Of a stretch of DNA of 56,262 nucleotides, positions 47,054 to 54,426 are shown in pieces; the stretch's first letter is position 1, and every line of letters begins with the position of its first letter. Location of the stretch: positions 1-56,262 of the IMG/VR virus record IMGVR_UViG_3300009506_000039, one strand, 5' to 3'. The notes under the pieces are model-generated. The model was not told where the DNA came from. It saw nothing but the letters and a program-made list of their open reading frames with translations, and made no database searches. Position numbers and translations under genes: made by a program. The stretch is from a virus (lineage: Duplodnaviria > Caudoviricetes).

Positions 47054-48001
47054 TCATTCTCTCAATTGCTCTGCGCTCGGTTGCTCGTCGTTCGGTCCCC
47101 CGCACAGTTCCTCAAGCTGCACGGACAGTCTTTCGAGTCGCACCTCAAGCAAGTCGGCCTCATACTGCGGCTCTGTCTTGAGAGTGTGATCGTCGTTGCG
47201 CTTGCTCTCGTCTGTCATAATCGCGCGCAGACGGCGGGCGCCATCGTCGATTGCAGCTTGTACAGTCTCAGCCGTCGCGCTGCGGCTGTGTGCAAACTCA
47301 TACACGCGCATGCCGTCGATGTACTCTTGACCCATAGCGATCAAGTACGCTGTCTCTCGTGCGAACAGCGCAGCGCCCTTGATCTGGGCTTGCTCGACTG
47401 CGCGTCGAGTGTTCGATCCGCCCTGGCTCGACGTCGCGCGATCGAGAACGAACTCTTGAGCGCGATCGTACTCTTTGCAGACTTGATCGAGCAAGCACAC
47501 GCACGCGTGCGCCATGTCTCTCTCGACGAGCACTTGACGAGCAATCGACAAGCACTTGCCCGCGCGCTCTGCCTGCGCCTCGGCCGTGAGCGCTTCCTCT
47601 GCATTGTACGCCATAGCGTCGGCAAGGCTCTGGCTCCCGAGTCGACGCTCAAAGCGCTTGAGCGCTTCCGCGTGCTTACGTATCATACTCTCAAGATCGC
47701 GTCTGAGAGAGCGCCACGCATAGAGCGTGGGCAAGGGGCCCATCGGCAAGCTCTTGCGCTCGTCTGATATGCGCTCACGTTCGCGCTTGAGCACATCATA
47801 GTGCCTCTGTACTGCGGCGCGGAGCGCGCCGTTTTTCGTTCTGATCTCGTCTGACTTGTCGTCGTCGATTGCTTTGATCTGGACGTCGAGCGCGTGGGCT
47901 GCGCTGTGCAGTGCCCATGCTCTGTTCATTGTAATGGCATTGATCTCGTGGGCGGGACGCGTGCGGCTATCGGCTGATCTCAGTTCGCTTGCGCTTGTCA
48001 T
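47054..48001 (-). CDS. Hypothetical helical/coiled-coil protein (315 aa)
   Basis: AGAGAGAGAG leader; Ala/Arg/Glu-rich. Confidence 0.75.
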   Translation of the reverse strand: MTSASELRSADSRTRPAHEINAITMNRAWALHSAAHALDVQIKAIDDDKSDEIRTKNGALRAAVQRHYDVLKRERERISDERKSLPMGPLPTLYAWRSLRRDLESMIRKHAEALKRFERRLGSQSLADAMAYNAEEALTAEAQAERAGKCLSIARQVLVERDMAHACVCLLDQVCKEYDRAQEFVLDRATSSQGGSNTRRAVEQAQIKGAALFARETAYLIAMGQEYIDGMRVYEFAHSRSATAETVQAAIDDGARRLRAIMTDESKRNDDHTLKTEPQYEADLLEVRLERLSVQLEELCGGPNDEQPSAEQLRE

Positions 48002-48069
48002 TTTGTGTGCTCTCTCTCTGCGCTCGTGAGCTCTCACGCTCACGAGCGCGCTATAGTGCGAATCGACAC

Positions 48070-48822
48070 TTACAGATCGACAAAGTACTCGTCGACGAGC
48101 GCTTGCAGAGTCTCGACAAAGAGCTCGTCGTGTTTTGCGTCTTGATCGCGATTCTTGAGCATGTACGTCTCATAATCGGAGCGCATCGCGCGGGCGATCA
48201 CGTGCGCGCACTCGTGCAGTACGATTGCGACGCGCGCGCGATTGTCGCGGATCGTCGGGTACACTGCGGAGAGCTCGTGCGTCTTGACGTTCTCTGTAAG
48301 CTCATACTCGTCGCCCCAGACGTTCGACTCTGCGACGATTGTGTACTCTGCAAGCCCCTCTTGCTCGGCGCACTCAAGCTCGTGCTGCATAAAGCACAAA
48401 GTCTGCACAGTGCGGGGCGGTTCGCTATAGTACTTGCGAACAAAAAAGCCCGTTCGCCCTTGCCCCTGATCGACTTTGATCTCGACGCCCTTGACCCCGT
48501 ACTCGATCAAGATTGTGCGTGCGAGACGTTCGACTTGCTGCGCGCGCTTGTGGCGCTTGCTTACGCTGCGCTTGCGCGTCTCAAGCTCGTCGTCAAGCTC
48601 TGCGATCTCTGCTCTCTGCGCGCGCACGTCTGCAAGCATCTTGGCAAGCGCGTCTTGCGCGCTCGTGCTCTTGACTGTGTACGCTGTCTTGTTCGTTGCG
48701 TCGAGTGCGATCTTGTCGAGTGCGTCTTGCTCTCGCATCCCGCAGACTGGACAGGCAATGATTGTGCGGAATGTCTCAGAAATGTCGATCATCGTCTTGT
48801 GGCAGGTCGGGCACTTTGTCAT
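48070..48822 (-). CDS. SprT-like zinc metalloprotease domain protein with N-terminal zinc ribbon
   Basis: CPTC...CPVC; IVLHECAHV...HDELF. Confidence 0.7.
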   Translation of the reverse strand: MTKCPTCHKTMIDISETFRTIIACPVCGMREQDALDKIALDATNKTAYTVKSTSAQDALAKMLADVRAQRAEIAELDDELETRKRSVSKRHKRAQQVERLARTILIEYGVKGVEIKVDQGQGRTGFFVRKYYSEPPRTVQTLCFMQHELECAEQEGLAEYTIVAESNVWGDEYELTENVKTHELSAVYPTIRDNRARVAIVLHECAHVIARAMRSDYETYMLKNRDQDAKHDELFVETLQALVDEYFVDL

Positions 48823-48865
48823 TTTAAGCTCTCTTTCTGTGTGCGCTCTCAAACTCTCAAACACT

Positions 48866-48900
48866 GACTAGATTATATCAGATTGCAAGAGCTCTGTCAA
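48866..48900 (-). promoter_or_regulatory. Early promoter class A, copy 4
   Basis: Minus strand TTGACA-17-TATAAT; GACTAGATTATATCA. Confidence 0.85.
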
Positions 48901-49031
48901 GCAAGTGCCTCCGAATTGCGTAATTACCCCAATTTGGCGATATTCGGCGATATTTACCAAAACGGGCAATTTTACGCGCCCGGAAATTGACTTTTTATTG
49001 AGATCAACGTCGTCGACGCTCAAGATCGAGC

Positions 49032-49061
49032 TTGACAAAAAAGAGCGCTCTGTGGTACAAT
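49032..49061 (+). promoter_or_regulatory. Promoter for modification/packaging operon
   Basis: TTGACA-18-TACAAT with TG extension. Confidence 0.75.
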
Positions 49062-49119
49062 GTAGGCGTGGTGGGAGTGTTGGCGCATGACTCGACGTCA
49101 TGCAGCGTCTCTCCTTGGG

Positions 49120-49159
49120 GCGGGCGGGCGTGCTGGCGGGCAAGCCCGTCCGCTTTTTT
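49120..49159 (+). terminator. Terminator/attenuator in the operon leader
   Basis: GCGGGCGGGC...GCCCGTCCGC followed by TTTTTT. Confidence 0.65.
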
Positions 49160-49183
49160 GTCCCTACACAGAAAGGCATGCCG

Positions 49184-49771
49184 ATGACAGACAAGAGCGT
49201 CGAGCAAGACGCGCTCGAACCTCTCACATGGACGAACGCGCAGCGCAGACTTGGCGATCTCGTTCCTCAAGACGACAACCCGAAAGAGATCGACAAAGCA
49301 AGCGCTGCACGTCTCAAGCAATCGCGCCTCAAGTTCGGACAAGTACAGACTCTCGCAATCTCCCCAGATGGGCACCTGCTCGACGGGCACCAGCGGCAAG
49401 CGGTGTGGGCCGCAGCAAAAGAGCTCGGCCCCGATCTGCTCGTCGACGTGCGCGTCGCCTCCCGTGAGCTCACCCCGCACGAGCGCCACGAGCTCACGGT
49501 TCTCTTGCAGCAAGGGACGACGGGCTCATGGGTGGGCGACAAGCTCCTCGGGTGGGGTGAGGCAGACGAGCATTTGATCGCCTGGGGACTCGACAAGTCG
49601 CAATTGCTCGACTGGCGCAGACCCGACATGCCCCCGGCTGGCGACGCAGACACAGACGTCCCCGACAGTGCATGGGGCGTCGTGATCGAGTGCGTCGACG
49701 AGGACGAGCAAGTCGAGCTCATACAAAAGCTCACAGCGGAGGGGCTGCAATGCCGAGCGCTCATATCATAA
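49184..49771 (+). CDS. ParB/Srx-like N-terminal domain protein
   Basis: LGDLVP..DNPK...LKQSRLKFG...LLDGHQR; RBS GAAAGG; C-terminal WGVVIECVDEDEQ...GLQCR. Confidence 0.8.
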   Translation: MTDKSVEQDALEPLTWTNAQRRLGDLVPQDDNPKEIDKASAARLKQSRLKFGQVQTLAISPDGHLLDGHQRQAVWAAAKELGPDLLVDVRVASRELTPHERHELTVLLQQGTTGSWVGDKLLGWGEADEHLIAWGLDKSQLLDWRRPDMPPAGDADTDVPDSAWGVVIECVDEDEQVELIQKLTAEGLQCRALIS

Positions 49772-50448
49772 GGCAGATCGAGATCGCGCGCACGCCACGA
49801 GTCGTGCAAGTCGAGGCGCTTTTCGACGTGCCGCCGTCGCCTGTAAGTCGTGAGTCGTGGGACGTCGACATGCCGCTCGACGATCGAGACTGGAATGTCG
49901 GCTTGATCGTGGGCGCATCGGGGACCGGCAAGTCGACGATCGCCCGTGAGCTCTTTGGCGCTCAAAAGCTCGACGAGCTCAAGTGGCATGATGACTTGCC
50001 CGTCGTCGACGAGTTCCCCGAGGACATGGCGATCAAAGACGTCGTCAAGCTCATGACGTCTGTCGGGTTCGGCTCGCCCCCGAACTGGCTCCGCCCCTAT
50101 CATGTTCTCTCGACGGGAGAACAGTTCCGCGCCTCTGTCGCGCGCGCAATCGCAGAGAGCGCGCAGCAAGAGATCGTCGTGATCGACGAGTTCACCAGTG
50201 TGGTAGATCGACAAGTCGCACAAGTCGCAAGTCACGCAGTACAAAAGACGATCCGCCGACAAAAGCGCAAGCTGATCGCTGTGACCTGTCATTATGACGT
50301 GCTCGACTGGCTACAACCCGACTGGGTGTATGAGCCGGCGACGTCGCAATTTGCCTGGCGGGAGGTCGGGCAGCACCCCCCTTTTGTCTTGAGGTCTATA
50401 AAGTCTCACGGGACACATGGCCCATGTTTAGGCGCTTTCACTATATGA
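49750..50448 (+). CDS. ABC-type ATPase, N-terminal part of ABC-GNAT fusion
   Basis: IVGASGTGKST, LSTGEQFR, VVIDEFTSVVDR, VTCHYD; no TM partner. Confidence 0.9.
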   Translation: MPSAHIIRQIEIARTPRVVQVEALFDVPPSPVSRESWDVDMPLDDRDWNVGLIVGASGTGKSTIARELFGAQKLDELKWHDDLPVVDEFPEDMAIKDVVKLMTSVGFGSPPNWLRPYHVLSTGEQFRASVARAIAESAQQEIVVIDEFTSVVDRQVAQVASHAVQKTIRRQKRKLIAVTCHYDVLDWLQPDWVYEPATSQFAWREVGQHPPFVLRSIKSHGTHGPCLGAFTI

Positions 50449-50882
50449 GCGGCAAGCTGCACCAGGGCGCGCAGTGTTACGGGGGATACGTCGACGGGCG
50501 ACTCGTCGCCTTCTCTGCTTTCGTTCACTTTCCACACCCCAAGATCAAGAACCTCAAGATGGGGCATCGGCTCGTGGTGCTCCCTGACTGGCAGGGGTTG
50601 GGCATCGGGGGCAAGTTCGACGACTGGCTCGGCGAGTACCTTTGGCATCAGGGCATGCGATATCATAACGTCGTGGCGCATCCTGCAATGATCGCGCACT
50701 ATAGCGCGTCCCCAAGATGGGCGCACTTAGGGACGCAGCGGCACAAGCTCGTCGGTCGCACGTCAAGCGTCGCCCCCTTGAGAAAGCACCACGCCGACGT
50801 GAGTCTCAAGAGGATCGTCTCGTCTTTCGAGTACAGATCACCGAAAGGAGGGTTAGCCGGTGAGGACTTTCGTTTCTGCTAA
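50379..50882 (+). CDS. GNAT-fold (Mom-like) acyltransferase, reached by -1 frameshift from the ABC ATPase or from ATG 50424
   Basis: WPMFRRFHY; RLVVLPDWQGLGIG acyl-CoA-binding motif A; C CCT TTT heptamer at 50379-50385. Confidence 0.85.
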   Translation, partial: PFCLEVYKVSRDTWPMFRRFHYMSGKLHQGAQCYGGYVDGRLVAFSAFVHFPHPKIKNLKMGHRLVVLPDWQGLGIGGKFDDWLGEYLWHQGMRYHNVVAHPAMIAHYSASPRWAHLGTQRHKLVGRTSSVAPLRKHHADVSLKRIVSSFEYRSPKGGLAGEDFRFC

Positions 50883-51237
50883 AATCCACGGCATACGCTG
50901 CACTGACAAGAGCGTCGAGTACCACGGCTCGGTGAGCATATGTCAAGAGCTCATGGCCGCAGCCGGGATCGCGCCGTTCGAGCAAGTGCACGTGATCAAT
51001 CTGACGAACGGGCAGCGCTGGATCACATACGCGATCCGCGCAGAGCGCGGCGTCTTTTCCTTGAACGGCGGGGGCGCTCGACTGGGTGAGCCCGGCGACA
51101 AGTTCGTCTTGCTTACCTACGATCAGTGGCGCGCTCAAGACTACCCCGGCGCAACCGTCGTGCACTGCGACGACGAGAACAAGATCGCAAGCCTGGGACA
51201 CTATACGCCCACGGGCCAGTATAAGGAGGCGTCATGA
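50860..51237 (+). CDS. panD: Aspartate 1-decarboxylase (pyruvoyl-dependent)
   Basis: KIH, YHG/S self-cleavage site, NLTNGQRWITYAI, LNGGGAR, GD; RBS AAAGGAGG with GTG start. Confidence 0.92.
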   Translation: MRTFVSAKIHGIRCTDKSVEYHGSVSICQELMAAAGIAPFEQVHVINLTNGQRWITYAIRAERGVFSLNGGGARLGEPGDKFVLLTYDQWRAQDYPGATVVHCDDENKIASLGHYTPTGQYKEAS

Positions 51238-51980
51238 GCCGAGGCGTCTTTTGCAATCCCCGCGTGCGCGTGCTTGAGCTTGGCAACTATGTCGTGCCCG
51301 CCTATGCGGGTATGATACTTGCAGAGCAAGGCAACTATGTCGAAAAGTGGACGCGCCCCGGCGCGCTCGATCCTATACAAGAGCTTGATCGGGGCGACGA
51401 GCTCTGGCAGTGGATCAACAAAGACAAGAACGTCATTCCGTGCGAACTGACAAGAGACGAGCTTGAGCACGCTTTGAGTCAGAGCTTTATAACCCGAGTC
51501 GTCGACAATTTTAGGCCGTCGACGCTCGACAAGCTCAAGATCGATCCGCTAGAGATCGCACTCAGGCATGGGATCGTCTGGGTGAGTGTGCGCTCTGAGG
51601 TCGGGGAACGCTCTTTCGACGTGATCGCCCAGACTCGTGCATGGGGCGACTTTGCGGGCGCCTTGCCGTTCTACCTGGGGGACACGGCGGCGGGGCTCTG
51701 GGCCGCGTTCAAGCTTGCGATCACGAGCACGCCCGGCCATTACGTGATCGGCCATGCGTCTTGTCTTGCAAAGCTCGTGGAGGGTGAGCTTGTCGTCGAC
51801 GCTGACTCGCAGCGCTTGCGCTATGGCGTCTCGCCATGGGATCGCGATGTGTACGGATACGACAGCGAGATCGGCGCGACTGTCGAGTACAAGGGCGAGC
51901 GTCTCACAGAGCCAAACCGCGATCGGGCGTGGCGTCTTGACAATCTCTGGCATGACGACGACGGGCGGATCATAATCTGA
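51234..51980 (+). CDS. Class III (CaiB/BaiF) CoA-transferase, minimal form
   Basis: RVLELG...AGMILAEQG..VEK..RPG..DP, NKDK, VDNFRP, FDVIAQ, LGDTAAG (catalytic Asp); only 248 aa; ATGA overlap with panD. Confidence 0.85.
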   Translation: MSRGVFCNPRVRVLELGNYVVPAYAGMILAEQGNYVEKWTRPGALDPIQELDRGDELWQWINKDKNVIPCELTRDELEHALSQSFITRVVDNFRPSTLDKLKIDPLEIALRHGIVWVSVRSEVGERSFDVIAQTRAWGDFAGALPFYLGDTAAGLWAAFKLAITSTPGHYVIGHASCLAKLVEGELVVDADSQRLRYGVSPWDRDVYGYDSEIGATVEYKGERLTEPNRDRAWRLDNLWHDDDGRIII

Positions 51981-52023
51981 TCGCAGTGCAAGCACGCTGC
52001 GATTATTGACATGGGGGTAACAC

Positions 52024-52704
52024 ATGGCCGACAAAAAGACAAAGTACACAGCGGAGCAGTTTATCGCCGCGATTCCTGGCACTGGGGGCGTGATCTCTCT
52101 GATCGCCGACGTCGTCGGGTGCTCGTGGCATACTGCTAGAAAGTACATCCACGAGCACGCCACGGTGCTTGAGGCGTTCGAGGCCGAGCGTATGTCGATC
52201 ACAGACAGGGCGCGGCACAATATCCTCAAGGCAATTGAGGCGGGCGATCTCGCGATGAGCAAGTGGTGGTTGCAGTGTCAAGACCCCGAGTTCTCGACAA
52301 AGTCAGAGACGACGATCAAGGGCGACGAGAACGCGCCGCTTGCCATCGGGGGCGACTTGACGATCCGCCGATGGGTTGCGCCGCGCACAGAGCAACAGAC
52401 TCAAGACCTCGACAGAGAGCTTGCGCGTCTTGCGGCCGGTGAGCCCGAACTGGGCAGCGATCCCGATCTCGTGCTTCCTGCGCCTGACGCGCCGCTCGTG
52501 CACGCCCCAGTACAGGGCGACGATGCGGTCCCGGCGTCGTGGACGCGCCCAGATCGAGACATGTCTCTTGACGCCGTTCGTGCTCTGTCAGACGAGCAAG
52601 AGCGAGACGACGACGACGACAGATCGGAAGCCAAAAAGAATGCAGCGCTTGCCCGTGATCTCGTGCGGGAGATGCTTGCTAAGATGGAAGGGAAAAGCGC
52701 ATGA
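52024..52704 (+). CDS. terS: Terminase small subunit
   Basis: N-terminal HTH (GGVISLIADVVGCSWHTARKYI), GDLAMSKWWL; upstream of large subunit. Confidence 0.75.
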   Translation: MADKKTKYTAEQFIAAIPGTGGVISLIADVVGCSWHTARKYIHEHATVLEAFEAERMSITDRARHNILKAIEAGDLAMSKWWLQCQDPEFSTKSETTIKGDENAPLAIGGDLTIRRWVAPRTEQQTQDLDRELARLAAGEPELGSDPDLVLPAPDAPLVHAPVQGDDAVPASWTRPDRDMSLDAVRALSDEQERDDDDDRSEAKKNAALARDLVREMLAKMEGKSA

Positions 52705-52889
52705 AGATCGTTATAGAGTCTGCACAGATCAAGCTCGTCGACGATCAGGGAAACGAGAGAGTATTAGCGCTCTCAGATCGGGGTGTAACGTTCGAGACAG
52801 ACACCCTTACAATCGAGACGCACGTGAGCACGATCAGCGTGACCGTTCCCTTTGTGCCGTCAGAACCCCCGGCCCCGGTAGGGGGGTAG
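52701..52889 (+). CDS. Hypothetical protein (62 aa)
   Basis: ATGA overlap; lies between terS and terL. Confidence 0.6.
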   Translation: MKIVIESAQIKLVDDQGNERVLALSDRGVTFETDTLTIETHVSTISVTVPFVPSEPPAPVGG

Positions 52890-52890
52890 G

Positions 52891-54426
52891 GTGTCTCAAG
52901 CTGTGCCCTGGACGCCCACGGGCGATCTAGTGTACGATCCCCTGGCTCAGACGTTCGTGATCGACGGCTTGGCGCTTGTCGACGAGTCGATCGGTACGGG
53001 CGCTCTTGAGTGTGACTTTTCCTTCCCCCTCAGAACTGAGGCAGAGCTCCGACGCTTTCTTGCTCTGTCGTTCGACGTGTATATCCCAGACGTGCACGTC
53101 TGCCCGAACCATAGCACGCCCTGGCGTGCTTTTGCCGACGCGTACTTTGCACGCTCTCCTGTCTCGATCTGGAAAGCGTCGCGCGGGCTCGGCGGCAAGT
53201 CATACTTGCTTGCCTTGCTCGGCCTGACAGAGGCGATCACACTGGGGGCAGACGTGAACGTCCTGGGCGGCTCTGGCGAACAGTCGGAGCGCGTGCATGA
53301 GTACATGGCCGACTTTTGGTCGTCGCCCTACGCGCCCCGACAGTTCTTGTCGACGGACCCCGGACGGCGTGAGACTCGCATGCTCTCGGGCGCAAAGATC
53401 AAAGCACTCATGGCGTCGTCGCGCTCTGTTCGTGGGCCGCACCCGCAGCGCCTGAGACTCGACGAGATCGACGAGATCGATCTAGCGATCTTTGACGCTG
53501 CAATGGGACAACCCATGAACGCGTACAAGGGGGAGGGCGCAAAGCGGCACCTCATACGTGCACAGACTGTCGGCTCGTCGACGCACCAGTACGCCGATGG
53601 GACCATGACTAAAATCCTCTTGCGCGCAGCCGACAAAGGCTGGCCCGTACATGAATGGTGCTATCGTGAGAGTCATGCGCTCGGGTTCGGCTGGCTCTCT
53701 GCTATGCAGATTGCGCAGAAACGATCAGAGGTGACGCAAGTCATGTGGGACGTCGAGTACGACTTGCAAGAGCCCGCCCCCGGCACGCGTGCGATCTCAA
53801 CCCCTGCGGTCAAGCGCTCGTTCTTGCGCTCTCTGCGAGTCGTCGACGGCACCCCTGGGGAATTGTACATGTTCGAGCCCCCAGAGCGTGGCGCGCAGTA
53901 CGCCACGGGCGCAGACTGGGCGCGTAAAACTGACTGGACCGTGATCGTGACCTTTCGCACTGACTGCCGCCCCATGCGCTGCGTGGCGTGGGAACGCATG
54001 CAGCGCTTGCCGTGGCCCCAGATCATCCAGCGGTACAATGCTCGTCTTGCGATGTACGGACGCCGCAGCGCCCATGACGCAACAGGCCTGGGCGACGTCG
54101 TTGCCTCATACTTGACGGGCGGGGCTTTACAAGAGGATGTACTCATGACCGGGCGCACTCGTTCTGATATGCTCACCGAGTACATAGCGGGCATGGAGAA
54201 CGGCGAGATCGCCTATCCCATGATCAAGTTCGCAGAGGCAGAGCACAGACTTGCCAGCGTCGACGACGTGTACAAGTCGGGGACGACAACACACTTGCCC
54301 GACTCTATAGCGGCGGGCGCTCTCGCATACCGCGCGGGCAAGGTGCCCGTGGCGGCAAGCGGCGAGTCGAAAGTCAACCCGCAAGCTGTGCGCGCACAAA
54401 GGAGATCGAGACTATGGAACCAATGA
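52891..54426 (+). CDS. terL: Terminase large subunit
   Basis: KASRGLGGKS, SVRG, RLDEIDE, RNase H-like TGADWA...DWTV, HDATGLGD, PDSIAA. Confidence 0.9.
   Translation: MSQAVPWTPTGDLVYDPLAQTFVIDGLALVDESIGTGALECDFSFPLRTEAELRRFLALSFDVYIPDVHVCPNHSTPWRAFADAYFARSPVSIWKASRGLGGKSYLLALLGLTEAITLGADVNVLGGSGEQSERVHEYMADFWSSPYAPRQFLSTDPGRRETRMLSGAKIKALMASSRSVRGPHPQRLRLDEIDEIDLAIFDAAMGQPMNAYKGEGAKRHLIRAQTVGSSTHQYADGTMTKILLRAADKGWPVHEWCYRESHALGFGWLSAMQIAQKRSEVTQVMWDVEYDLQEPAPGTRAISTPAVKRSFLRSLRVVDGTPGELYMFEPPERGAQYATGADWARKTDWTVIVTFRTDCRPMRCVAWERMQRLPWPQIIQRYNARLAMYGRRSAHDATGLGDVVASYLTGGALQEDVLMTGRTRSDMLTEYIAGMENGEIAYPMIKFAEAEHRLASVDDVYKSGTTTHLPDSIAAGALAYRAGKVPVAASGESKVNPQAVRAQRRSRLWNQ

Noticed and set aside
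44239-48001. Wadjet/SMC defence system (Toprim plus coiled-coil protein)
   Set aside because: The coiled-coil protein lacks Walker motifs, lies in a separate transcription unit, and no kleisin/KITE genes are evident
49750-50448. ABC transporter
   Set aside because: No permease or substrate-binding gene; the sequence and the linked GNAT fit the soluble phage ABC-GNAT family
50860-51237. panD as a plain auxiliary gene for CoA biosynthesis
   Set aside because: Not excluded but disfavoured: no panB/panC/coa genes, and it is overlap-coupled to GNAT and CaiB in the packaging operon
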